From NCBI RefSeq assembly GCF_036669915.1, contig NC_089312.1, positions 251,991 to 315,990 of the forward strand: a stretch of DNA of 64,000 nucleotides, read 5' to 3'. How positions within the stretch are numbered: position 1 is the first letter of the stretch; every line of letters begins with the position of its first letter. The position numbers were made by a program, and so were the translations under genes. The stretch is from Pocillopora verrucosa. Its lineage: Eukaryota. Below, in pieces: positions 46,572-58,482 of the stretch. The notes under the pieces are model-generated. The model did not search any database. It saw only the letters and a program-made list of their open reading frames with translations, and was not told the DNA's origin.

Positions 46572-47063
46572 TCATTTCATTTCTTGCACCTTCAAGCAAA
46601 ATGGCAATAACCCTTTCTTAGATTTTCCTCCTCGCAGACGTAGATCCAACCACTTCTGCCTGTTAGGAATTGTCTTGTCATTGAGGACATCAATGTCATA
46701 TGCATCAATATCCACCCCTGATAATGATGACAGAACTGAACTACTACTCATGGTACTAGCATTAGATTCAAATTCCCCATCATTATCTTCAACAGTTGAT
46801 TTCTTCTTCCTTGGCTGCAACATCAGCAGACCGATAGCACCATCAAGATGCCGAAACACATCTAACTTCAGGAGGTGTGACTGAATTTCAGATGAGAGGT
46901 TGCTTGAGTCAGATGCAATCCATACTTTGATGTAACCAAAATCTAAGCTAAGCTGCTGGGCACCATAAAAGCTGTGGAATTGATTTGAAAAGGAAAATAA
47001 ATTCTTCACTTGCTGACTTCTTCTGTAATCAATACCACAATTGACTGGCAACTGATTGTACAA
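46572..47063 (-). CDS. open frame with stop (163 aa: …FGYIKVWIASDSSNLSSEIQSHLLKLDVFRHLDGAIGLLMLQPRKKK…DIDAYDIDVLNDKTIPNRQKWLDLRLRGGK…), likely 3'-terminal coding exon(s) of the minus-strand gene whose large exon is at 51899-53498, or a separate small gene
   Basis: A long ORF with an acidic/serine-rich low-complexity stretch is untypical of random AT-rich sequence; no homolog was recognised and the exon boundaries are not resolved. Confidence 0.3.
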   Translation of the reverse strand: MYNQLPVNCGIDYRRSQQVKNLFSFSNQFHSFYGAQQLSLDFGYIKVWIASDSSNLSSEIQSHLLKLDVFRHLDGAIGLLMLQPRKKKSTVEDNDGEFESNASTMSSSSVLSSLSGVDIDAYDIDVLNDKTIPNRQKWLDLRLRGGKSKKGLLPFCLKVQEMK

Positions 47064-48033
47064 TGAAGGAGCTTAGACAATGAATCAAAAGAAAGCTATT
47101 AAGCCAGTTTCAAAGCTCCTAATCAGAGTATCTACTCAATAATTCCAGCCTGGGCTGTGCTTAAGGAAAATTCAACAATGATCACTGATAATTGAAAATG
47201 TTCCTCTCTTTTCCAGCTATTTTTCACTTTTGTTGTCTCACCAACTCGTCAGTTTTTGTGTTACTTCAGCCTGATCTTTCAAGCAAGGTTTAACATGAAG
47301 CCCTGTGGGGTGGGGCTGGTTGTCTTTTTCCAGAGATATCTGCATTTAAACACATTCTTTCTGAAATGCTAGTGAAAAGGCCATCATATACTACAAATTC
47401 TTACCTAAAAACAATTTCCTCTTTGAGAATGAAATCACTCCATGATTCCATCATGGTGTTGACAACAAGGGTCAGAACATTCAGTCGACTTTCAAAAGAC
47501 AAACCCATGGAGCTCTCTACAACTGGTTCCAAAATCTGAAACACTGCGTGTTCTACATATTGGCTCCGCTGATGAGGAATCCCTGATTATAAGTATTACA
47601 AAACAAGTCATAAGAGAAAATGAGATATCATCAAAATTAAGTCATGCTATTAAGTCTGGCTCTCTTGAGAACAACTGTTAGGGTTGGCTGGGTTTTCTGT
47701 ATTATGCTAGGAAAAAAGAATTTTCTTAGTTCATCTGGTTGATTAACTTTTTCAGTTGTCATCAAACCAAAATGAGACAACCAAAAAAACAACATGCATG
47801 CACATTTAATGAAGCAACCAAAATAATGCAACTTTCTCAAGACACCACTGGTGATTTCCTTCAATTCCTTTTCAAGCACTTTCTTTAAAAGATCTGAGTT
47901 GCAACTTACATGCCTATGTTTACAATACTTTTAGGGTGAGTTGATAGAGCTGGTCCTATTTCACAGATGGATTCATATGCATGCAAATCAGCAAAAAGCC
48001 ATGGGAATCACACCAAAAGACCAAAATTGACTA

Positions 48034-48544
48034 CAGTCGAACCTCGATTATCCGGACCCCAATTATCTGGACTATTCAATTATCTGGACTTTCTTCTCTG
48101 GTCCCAATTTTCCATGAATATTAATTAGTTGTGATCTTGAAAACTCAAAGTCACAAAAAGCCCAATGATTCTTTCAAAAGACTGTTGAAACAGCATATTA
48201 TCCTGTGCGCTTTTCAAAATTTGAAAGTGCGACGAGACAAAGAAATATTCTGATGCGTTTTGCGAAAATATGGTTGGCTCAATTGTTTTGTTGCCGAGGG
48301 AATTTCATGCTTGATTAGTTCCTTCCGCGTGGGTTATGTCACATGAACGATCAATAATTATTGTAAACTCAAATCAAAAACATGCCTACCAAGCAAAAGC
48401 TAGCCGTTCTATTGATTAAAGATAAGCAGATAATTATTTCATATTTCTATCTCATTAATATTCATATTTTCGATTATCTGGACTCTTGATTATCCGGACT
48501 ATTTACTGAGGTCACGATCAGTCCGGATAATCGAGGTTCGACTG
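48034..48544. mobile_element. non-autonomous Tc1/mariner-like MITE (511 bp) with perfect 24-bp terminal inverted repeats CAGTCGAACCTCGATTATCCGGAC and TA target-site duplication
   Basis: The left TIR is at 48034-48057 and its exact reverse complement GTCCGGATAATCGAGGTTCGACTG at 48521-48544, each flanked by TA (48032-33 and 48545-46). Subterminal direct/inverted copies of the ATTATC(C/T)GGAC motif lie at 48047-48095 and 48470-48532, and there is no transposase ORF. Confidence 0.8.
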
Positions 48545-48612
48545 TACTGTGTTTCCCCTGAACTTCTGAATGTGTAGAAATGTGATCACAGCTTTTACCA
48601 TGAATTAAGGCA

Positions 48613-48635
48613 AAAAAAAAAAAAAAAAAAAAAAG
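48613..48635. repeat. A(23) homopolymer ~70 bp downstream of the MITE
   Basis: Read directly. Confidence 0.9.
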
Positions 48636-51600
48636 AATAACATCAGAAAATATTCTGTTGGGAGATTTTGACCACTTCAGCCTAAACTAGTTGTGGCCTA
48701 AACAGTTAATCCCAGTGGAGGGTGATTTTAGTTTCAAATGATGGAAGTAAGGTTAGAGTTAGGGTGCCATTAATTTTACCAGAGTGGCGACTCTTCTTCC
48801 AACTCTTGCCAACAGGCATGGCCTCCTGAAAGAATTCTGTTGAAATTTTCGTCAGATCTCTTGAGAACAGAACCCATGACTTCTTCAATAAACCCTAGTG
48901 AACAGAAAAATCACAGGTTTTGCAAAGAGCACATCACAATCAAAATATATGCAACTACCAGATCTTGGCACGAAGTATAAAGAACTTATTCCCGCCAGTC
49001 TCAGAAACCACCTAGCAACTTGAAACATTTTCAAGTGAATCCATAACACCTTTGTGCAGACTTAACAAAGTACTCTAAGATGGTGGCTGAGGGCAATCAG
49101 ACACATTTGATTGCTAAGCACTATATGACAATAATAAAGAAAATGTTGAAGATGGACAACATTTATGACATTTCACATCAAGGAAATGACAAGAACTGAC
49201 CTCCAAGTTGCTTCTTTGCTCCTGTAAAAGACTGTACTGTACAGAAAGAGAGTTCCAACTGATGCTATCACTGTGAACTGCACTCAGTGACTGTACAAGG
49301 AAAAATGTCTTCTTCACTGACTGTAGAAAAAGTGGTAAGTCCCACTGCGTCAGAAGCAGAAACTGCTCAAGGGACCATAAGGATAAAAAATGATGTATTT
49401 TGGTATCAAACCAGTTAAATCCAAAGGACAGCAACGAATGAAAGCGGCACAGACTGGGAAAAACTGACAGTGTTAGAGCTCTGGCACTTCTATTGGCATG
49501 AGGTTCCAAGTGGCTAGATGATCGTTTCCAGTAACCTGCCATTTCAAAAATGCTTTCAAGTGGATCCAAGAGACTAACTATGGATTGTGCTGTCTGCGTA
49601 CCTGGGATGCTGTCTGTAAGTTCACTGTCCATGCGGCATTTGTCAGACAGACAGGAACCAAGAACACCACTGAAAGCTAATGAGAAAAAAATGCAATAAC
49701 TTCAGAACTGGTCACAGTAGAAGGCAAGGTAAGAGAAGCAATTATTTAATTAACTATCAGTTTCAAATGAAATGAAACCTAGTAATGAACAGATACAAGA
49801 ACCTTTAGGACTGTCACTAATTTAATTGTGTGGTGCAGAGTTGCACATAATATAGAAACTATTGCTACTTTTATTGAAGAGCTTTTAGGGCAATGTTTAT
49901 GTGCACACAGAGAAGATCAGCAGATCTTAATCTTACCTGAATCCCAGCTTGATGCAGAGGCCAGACAATGAAGATAGCAGCTTACAGCTTGAAGGGAACT
50001 AGTACCAGCTGGTGGCAAACAGCCTGTGAACAGAAAGGAAAAATAAAACAATTCTCCTCCTTTAAAATTTATATTTGGCTCACTACAGCCATGTGTGGAG
50101 CCATTTTATCATACATGAAACAACCAGTGAACATTATATTCAATAATTTGTACAAACATTTCAAGAAATCATTCATGAAAAGGATAGAACAGGTTATGTC
50201 ACCCACAACTATACAAGGAAAAACTTTAATCTTCAACCAGCTAACACATTAGATAAGCAGTGGACATAGTTCAACCAGGATCCACCTAGAAAAATAACTG
50301 CATTCATAATAAGCAAATTTTGCCTAGTTGCACTGTAAATCCAGCTGTTTAACAACATCTCTTAGAATTGTGATTCAACCAAAAATGAATTAATTAACAT
50401 TTTCAGCTCTACTGACAAAGCCAAAAGGCACTATGCAAATAACAAGCACAAACAACAAAAATAAATAAATCTATTGCATCAAAATCAAGGGAAGATATAA
50501 AATAAAATCTATATGAATTAAAAAATTAATTTATTATGATCATATTAAACATCAGGTCCAGCTTGCAGAAAAAGTACAAGCATGTAATTTTTCAGAAATG
50601 ACTTCAAATGAATCATGCAACTTGATAAATAAAGCATTTCTTGATAAGGATGAATCATCATATTTTTTGTGATGATATTGCAATGTAAATTAAAGGTCAT
50701 TGTTCAATATAAATAAGGACCTATCCCCTGGACTATAAAAGGTAATAATTTATTCTCATTTTGCACGAGGCAGAATTTCCTCAAATCAAACAAATTTCCG
50801 TCATTACAGCTGGTGTATCCATTAACATCTTCTCACACAAAGACGATAAATAAAAAACTTCATGTTACTTTATATTAAAATTGTAACTTAATTTACATCT
50901 GCAACTTACATTCAAAAAAAGAAATTTAATTAATCCTGAGAGAAAAAAAGAGAAGTCTAATTTCTTTCCAGCTAACAATTACTATTTAAAAATCATTCAC
51001 TTTTAAAATATTAGGTTTGCTAGTGATTGCAGTGTGACATCAGAAATGAGCTATAAATTTTTGGCATTTTAAAACCGAAGTATTGACCAATTCATAGATG
51101 TAATTCATAGAGTTTTGAAAAAAATAATAATCCATTTGTTGCAGACCAATCTTAATTACAAAAAATATGAGAGCAAAATCCTCACACTGATCAATTAAGG
51201 ATTTGACCACAAATGTAAATTTTACAAAAGCAGTGATAGCTGATGTGATAGATATCACTCAAGAACACCATATGCAGATACAACAAAATGTACATGATAG
51301 GATTTTCATTGGCATAAATGTAGATTTTAACACAATGCTTAATTAATTACTATTACATGAAGTTTTCAATGGCTTTAGACTCAGAGGGAAGGAAGTAACT
51401 AAAACTAAATTGATGTTTCCCCAAAGAAGGAAAAACAAAATATCTTGGGGGTCTCAAAAAAAGAGAAATTTATCCACTATGAGGCCAAAATTATTTCCAA
51501 GTTAAGAAAAAAGTCATCTTTACACATCCATTCCTGTTTGAGAATATGAAAGAGGAGACTGATGGGTCTGTATACAAACAGTTTTCTGAGCTTTGATCTT

Positions 51601-51898
51601 TATTCAACAGCTGGAACAATTATGCAGAAAAAGGCAAGCAAAAGGTTTGGTACATTATAATGGCTTATAAGGCATTTTACCATTTTCTACATTTATCACA
51701 CATTTGGGTATAATTGCATACATTTCAAGCAAAAATTAATAATTTCTTCATTCAAGATAACTCAACAGTTTGTATTTTCATATTCTGGATAAACTGCTAG
51801 TAAAGGAAATGTTTTCCTCCTTGTTTTTTTTCCCCTCTACTTTCTTATTCAAACCTTCCTTTACTTCTCAGATGTCCCCTGTACTCTTTCAAACTTAC

Positions 51899-53498
51899 CT
51901 GACAGACGTAGTGACTCCATCATGCGAACAACAACCATCAAAAGAAAATCAGACCATAAGAACAATGGACCCAAGGCCACATTTTGCATTAAGTTGCCTA
52001 TAGATTCTTGATTTTCTGCCATCAGTGCCACCAGCTGCTCTCCAAAACTGGCCCAAAGCATAGTGCTATAATCATAATGTAACTGCTTTGTTGTTTCAGA
52101 GTCTAAGGGTGCGTTCCACTGAACACGCTTGTTGAGTCTGGGTGATCCTGGACTTGAGCTGTGCCTGAGAATGCCATGACCCTCCTGATGGTGCAGTAAT
52201 GAACTTGTTGACCCTCCAGCCTCCTCAGCTGTTGATGTCCCCTGCAGATCAGCATCTTCACTCCTTGAACTTGAGGTCAGCTGCTCTAATGGCGGCAACT
52301 GAATCACATTTTTCCTCTCACCACTAACATGACGGCTTAAGATAAGTGTTGTTGAGGTAGCAAGTTGTGATATTAAATTACTGAAAAATTTCTGCTCCTC
52401 TGAATCAAATGAAAGCAATGGAGAGTCCGGCTCGAGTTTCAGGAGCGGGATTTGGTTGCGGCTTAACACTGACAACACTCCATTTTTGAGTGTACCTCCC
52501 TCAAGTCTTACATTCCCTCCAGTACATACCACCCCAAAGTCTTTCCATTCGAAGTTTGTAGCAAAGTCGTACTTTAACGTCCGAGTAACCTCCTGATGTT
52601 CGCTTACCAATTCATAAACGTGACCAGCCAAAATACGAGAACGTTCACAAGCAACGCCATTCAAAAGTTTGTTCAGTGACAATAAACAAACACTAGAAAC
52701 AGCTGTAGTTGAAACTGCAGTTTCTCGACCCTTCGACTGCACAAAATTTCTAATCTCGCTCACACTTAAAAGTTCTCTTTCGTCGCTCTGAAAATTTCTA
52801 GTGTACTCAAAAAGGCGATTGAAATCTTCAATTCCCTGGCAAACAGCACTTAAACCTTGCTGACTCAACCACCATTTGCATTTTTCGGCAAGGCGCAACA
52901 CGCACGATAAAATAATTGAAATGAGCGATATACTCGTATCTGCTAATTGCGAGAGCGCTTTATTCACCACTTCCAAGTCCTCCAGCATGTCTGGCACACA
53001 TTTGCGAAGCCATGGATCGGAAAAGATAAGTTTTCTTATCGCCAGTCGGTACATACATTGTGTTTTTGCTGCATGGCAAATGTCGTGAAATCTTTCAACT
53101 TTGAATGGGAACTCGCTTGGAATTGGCATTTCACCATCTAAATAGGCCATATACTTTTCCACTGTTTCTTCTAGCTCTTGTACAAACTTAGTGGAAGATT
53201 CAAGGCGTACCAGGCACTCTCTCGCCAAAACAATCTTTGAGCGATCAAGAAATTTCTGGCCGATATCGGTGAAAATCTCGCACAAAGGAACACCTTGCTC
53301 AAAATGCCCAAAGCTGCCGGGAACATGTTGAGGTTTCAAGCACGAATTTCTGGTTAAACTTACACTTTTGAACGCTTTTTTGAGAGTCCAAATGTTCTTT
53401 TTTATGTCCGTTGGGGCAATTTGAGTAACAGAGAGTCTTTGGAAAGAGTTGTTGATGCCATCGTTGCTAGCGGCTGCCGAAGACGAGCTGAAATTCAT
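51899..53498 (-). CDS. large first coding exon (533 codons) of an unidentified conserved-looking protein; continues via donor TCAG|gtaagt into downstream exons
   Basis: A 1.6-kb uninterrupted frame on the minus strand starts at an ATG (53498) and ends exactly at a consensus donor (cag|GTAAGT, minus coordinates 51898-51893). Predicted features are mixed helical and low-complexity regions and an S/T/P-rich patch (SSPGSPRLNKRVQW); no homolog could be assigned from memory. Confidence 0.6.
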
Positions 53499-56449
53499 AG
53501 CCCTTCAAAAAGAACTAAGCTGCCCTGCTTTCTTCCTTCAGCGGCACAACAGATTGGCAGAAAAAGCATAATCTTGGTAGTAGGACGTCTGGCACAGGAC
53601 TGGTTCGACAATAAAGATCTACATGGTAATAAAAAAGTTTATCTGTTTAGCGTTCAGTCAGTGCCTGATCTACCATCTTTGTTGATAATAACAAACTTCA
53701 TGCCCAGTTCATCCGCGCGCTAATCCACCGGAAATAGAAAATTCCTAATTCCAAAGAAAAATTTCAGAAACCATTTTCTACCTCCAATACTCCGCCGAAA
53801 TAACCTGTCATAAGGCTAGACTTTTTGACGAAGACGATGGAAGTCAATACAGAATTAAAAAGCTAAAAATGCAAATTGAAACCAAGCCGGGGGGAATAAA
53901 AGAAGCCATAATTAGCAATGAACGCCCTTAAAATAAAGGAAAGGTTTTCTTTCGTTCAACTTACATTTTAATGAGTTGTTTTCTGGTGATTCTGGGAGGG
54001 AGAGATCTTGCTTACTATCTCGGCCAAGGAAGCTTGAATAATCTTTGAATTCGCTATCGTTTAAAAAAAGAATATTATTATACACGAAAAAACAAAGCGT
54101 CTAAAATTTGCCAACAAAGAGCAGCAACTACTTGTACAACATCGGCACGATTTTTAAATGTCTTTCAAAAACTTCACCCTAAGATATGAATTAGTGGTCA
54201 ATATAGAAAAGAAATTAATTGTGGTTAATAACCTCGAGCTCTATAATATGCCATTAACTACGCTTTTTCAAATTGAAAAGACTCGCGTCGATTGATCCCT
54301 TCCATTAAAACAGGTGTACGCGGATAAGCAAGGCGAGAGTTTGAATTCAGCAAGATGATGTGAGACACACCGATTTCTTTTACATTAACAAATTAAAATT
54401 GAATTCGATTGGAGCGGGAAAAAGTGAAGAGGTGGTCTCTAGGTGATGAATCGATGCCAGTCCAATACAATGACCGGATGGATATTTCAAGAGCACGATG
54501 CTAAAAATAGACCTCAATAACCACCTGGTGACCATCCGTGCATAAAACACTTCAAAAACCCATATTTCATTTCTTTTCCTTTAATTTTCCCTTCATTTCA
54601 AAGCGTAAAAAGCCGACATACGCTCAGTCATAGAAAAAAAAGCTTCACTGATTCAATGAAGCAACAATACACTAATATCGATTAGTTTATTTTCTCGTGT
54701 CACCGAGTTTTAGCGCTCTTTAACAATTCACGTGAAGACCATGTTTCCATTTGCAGTACATCCAGTTCTAAGATATATTGCATAACACTTTGCTGAATAT
54801 TTCTGTGTTCAAAGAATAGCTCAAAGCAGAATTTGTTTTACCGTTCTATTTTGGTATGGACTTTGAACTAAGTCTGTATTGAGTTTCATCTCTGGGCCCG
54901 AATAGAATTATTTCTTTTTTTACTATCAATTGCAGATTTCTTTGAACCAAAAATTCAAATAAATTATCGACAGCTCGCAAAAATTGAAATGACTGGAACA
55001 AATTTCCAACGTATCTTAGGAGGAAAAAAAGCGAAGTGCTCTTGACACCAGTAACACGAAATGAAACACTTAACAGCAAATTTGACATGAAAGTTATTAC
55101 GAAGATCCAAGGAAAACGTCAAAATGGCAGAACCAGAGTTATGTGTATGAACAACTGGACAATATATTATAAGTCGTTCCATTCTACTTTATTCATCATT
55201 GTATTTCCAACTCGGATCTATAATGCATCCATCTTCCCAATTATAGCAACGTGCCGCTTAAGACTGGTTTCAAATCATTCTGCTAATTAACATAATAAAG
55301 ATTTTAACATGTACACAGCTGAACCTCACAAAAGTTATAGGGTAGAAGGTAAACAATTTTTTTTTTCGCCAGGTTTACCGTACGAGGCTACACCGCAACT
55401 GCCATAGTATTGACAGTGACTGAGATAAAAATAGTGACCTCTTTTGGCTTTGACTCCCTGAGGTGAACAACTCCAAAGAGATTCGTTTACTAGTACAATT
55501 TTTTGTGCCGCGAACCAGAGAAAGGTTGCTCCATATTGGATGGAATGTCAAATTTTAATTTTTTTCAGGAATTCTTTTCACACTCAAATCATGTAGCTTT
55601 GCAAGTCTTATGGATGTATCTTCCTATTTATACCAGCGAGAAAAGGTCGCTAAAACCCCAAATGTTCGGTGTGTTGAATAATTAGATTTAGAAAAAAAAC
55701 ATGAAACTAACGCTGCTGACATAGCACTACTGAATGGGTTGTCAAAGCGTTTGTGGTTCAGATGATCCATTAAGTATGAAGGATGAAAGGAACTGAAACA
55801 GATAACAGATTACTATTGTTTGTGTCCAAAAATTAGTAGGCTGGACTGCTTAAATTGCAATGCCAACATAACTGACTGCATCAAAACTACTCTGAGTGTT
55901 GTGAAACAATTGTTGTCATATAACAAAGTAACTAAATACAGTGAATAGCTTGACAGTAACCAGTGGCTAGTGGAAAGGGAGAGGGACACTGGTTCACAAT
56001 GCTTTGGTACAGAGGTGTCAGTAAATCTTTCTGTTATAACAAACCAGTAAAAAGAGCACTTCTTTCATACAACAATGTAAAGGATACAGACTAAAGCTTA
56101 TGGAAACGTATAAATAAACATCTTTAGCAAATAAATGTTACTGTTTTGAGTTGTGTCATACAAAAGGTTTCCCACAGCAAAAACAGCACATAAAGATTGA
56201 AATACCAATATATACAGTGAAATTTATTTGAATCATTGCTGTTGCTTTAAGTCCATGAATAATAAATTTAATCTTATCCATCCTCTTCATTTGGTAGGAG
56301 TTCCCAAATTCATTTTTTTTTCCAGATGTCACAATTTTGTTTTCAAATAAATGGAAAACCTTGATTTTCATACCAAGACTTTTCCTTGGAAAAATTAAAA
56401 AGGTCTAAAGTATTGTCTTTAAATAAGGCTAGAGCTCCACTGCAATTAA

Positions 56450-56653
56450 TCCTTTCACCCCTAAGAATGACTAGCACCTAATTTCTCCATACAGTATCAC
56501 CCATGAGTCACACATTAGGGTCACAAGAATGAGGGAAATGATCATTAACTAAAGAAGCTTTATGCTGTTGAACCAATTCTCCCTGTCAGCACTATAGGAC
56601 ATGTATACAGAACAGTATGGAGAATATACACACAGATATTGGGGTTTAAAGAG
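56450..56653. mobile_element. piggyBac-like MITE copy (TTAA|TCCTTTCACCCCTAAGAATGACTAGCACCTAATTTCTCCATACAGTATCACCC … ATATTGGGGTTTAAAGAG|TTAA), intergenic between the unknown gene and ROMO1
   Basis: TTAA is at 56446-56449 and 56654-56657. The terminal CCTTTCACCCC and GGGGTTTAAAG are imperfect inverted repeats, and the internal blocks are shared with the copies at 32503, 34319 and 58327. Confidence 0.6.
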
Positions 56654-56982
56654 TTAAGATAGTAAATTCTTTAACTACAACCAATTGCCACAATTTAAAC
56701 AAAAACTAATCAAGAAAAGATGACACAGATAAGATATTGACACAAACAAATGATTTGACTTGACTTTTCCTTTTCTACGGGTAACATTTTATTTTCATCT
56801 TTTTTTCTTTAGTTTTCTGCTGAACTTATGTCATATATGACAGGATACAGTGTTCTAATCGTTATAAACATTGACAGCACAGACTGTGTTGAAAGTTTGC
56901 CAGCATCTCTCACATAATGATATCCTAGCCTTAGCAATGACTGGTGTTCGTTACAGAATAAAAAATCCCACTTTGTTAGAAG

Positions 56983-57091
56983 TCAACATCTGATAGCTGT
57001 GCCAACAGACATGAACACTCCAAACGTTCCTCCTCCTTGAAGCATGATCTTGCCGACACTACTGACTAACTCTCTTCCTCTTAGTCCATAT
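56983..57091 (-). CDS. ROMO1: ROMO1 (reactive oxygen species modulator 1) exon 2 (…[36 protein letters not shown])
   Basis: The acceptor is ccccgccag| (minus) and the stop is TGA at 56985-56983. It matches human ROMO1 …[35 protein letters not shown]. Confidence 0.85.
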
Positions 57092-57753
57092 CTGGCGGGG
57101 AAAGAATAAGTGTCAAGTTTTCTAGCTTTCTGCAGTGTTTCTTTCACTTTTCTAGCAATCAATCTAAAGAGTGATACTCTGAGTAGGACCTCTGCTTATA
57201 AACATGATCATCTGGACAATTTCAGTTACTAAAATCTTGCTTAACAATAATCTCCTTTGTCATAAAAGTAAGATAAAAATGCTACAATGCAATTGAGCCT
57301 GCCCACTGATGTCAAAGTTTTGTTTACTGCCTAACCAGGTTGTGACCTAAGACAAAATAACTAACATTTGTACAACCCCACAAACCCTCCCCCTCCTCCT
57401 ATTTTATTGACGTCAAAATGACACATCAAATGACACATTTCGGTATTCACATATCTTCATCATTACTTTGGGAGGGGTATGGTGGTTAGCCGTTTCTTTT
57501 GATTCTATCCAGGATCTTAGGAAATTTATACATAAAACATTTCCATATAAACACTTTATCCGGAGTGCAACTGTGATGAACTTGCATCGAAAGACGACAT
57601 CTTTTTCATCTCAGTAACCGGGCTGCGATTTCCATATGAACAGATGACAATTAAGTACAAGTAAAATAGAGTGAAAGAATTCCTCTAAATCTAGGTTTAG
57701 GTACTTATAACGCTACAGGTCCAAAAGTTGTAGTAGTAATATTAGCATCTTAC

Positions 57754-57866
57754 TTGAACGCAGAATAGGTTCCAAAGAGCGCAGCAGAGCTCATTCCAAT
57801 AGCAAATCCGATCATGAAGCCAACTTTAACCCGGTCAAAACAGCTTGGCTGAGGTGCTCTTTGCAT
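57754..57866 (-). CDS. ROMO1: ROMO1 exon 1 ([37 protein letters not shown])
   Basis: The ATG is at 57866 (minus) and the donor AA|gtaaga. It matches human [43 protein letters not shown]. Confidence 0.85.
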
Positions 57867-58163
57867 ACTTATCCTCTTCTTTATTTCCTATGAGTTGCTA
57901 GTGTAAACTTGAAAGATAGAGAATGAGAACAGCAAAAACAGCCCCACATGCGAGGAGAGATGACTGCCCGTTAGCTCGTCAGAAGATTGGACATGAGCTT
58001 TCGCTAGCACGTAAGAAAGAAACCGCTGGGCATTCCATCGCGTTCGCTTTGTTCCCATTCCTTCTCGTTTTCGGCGATGATGTTTCGCTTTTCACGAGAG
58101 CTTCCGGGATTTGTGTATTTAGGAAGGCTTTTATCTTTAACTTCGCTTAGATTTTACAGGAAA
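57867..58163. promoter_or_regulatory. shared divergent promoter between ROMO1 (-) and the DUSP11-like gene (+); contains an ETS-like CTTCCGG motif (~58097-58103)
   Basis: The start codons lie 297 bp apart head-to-head. An ETS/GABP-type core is read directly, which is typical of bidirectional promoters. Confidence 0.4.
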
Positions 58164-58204
58164 ATGAATACAGAGGTAGTTATTGACAAAAGGATACCTG
58201 ATAA
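58164..58204 (+). CDS. DUSP11: DUSP11/PIR1-like RNA phosphatase exon 1 (MNTEVVIDKRIPD)
   Basis: The ATG is at 58164 and the donor AA|gtgagt. Confidence 0.7.
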
Positions 58205-58326
58205 GTGAGTATATATTTTTATTACCTCTTTATATCAAAAGGAACTTTGACCAAGTTGGTTTGTGTGGTGTTCTTCATGAGTCTTCAATCTTCCATTATA
58301 GATTGATTAAGTGTCTCCACACTTAA

Positions 58327-58482
58327 TCACCCCTGAATCAAACATAAAGTCACGAGAGTAAATGAAATGATCACCAACTGTAGCAGCTGTTGACTGTTGA
58401 TTAAATTTCCATGTCAGTACCTTAAAAAATGTGTCGAGAACAGCGTGGAGAAGATGCATACTGACGTTATGGTGTAAAAGGC
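58327..58482. mobile_element. piggyBac-like MITE copy, internally deleted (TTAA|TCACCCCTGAATCAAACATAAAGTCACGAGAGTAAATGAAATGATCACCAACTGTAGCAG … GGTGTAAAAGGC|TTAA) in DUSP11 intron 1
   Basis: TTAA is at 58323-58326 and 58483-58486, and the element shares internal blocks with the other copies. An 8-bp palindrome TTAAGTGT..ACACTTAA sits immediately 5' (58307-58326). Confidence 0.55.

Noticed and set aside
49200-49345. Plus-strand consensus donor (AAGTG|gtaagt at ~49337) inside the minus-strand ORF 49114-49632, hinting at a plus-strand gene.
   Set aside because: All three plus-strand frames upstream of that site contain stops within 60 nt. It is more likely a chance donor motif on the opposite strand of an exon or intron of the unidentified minus-strand gene.
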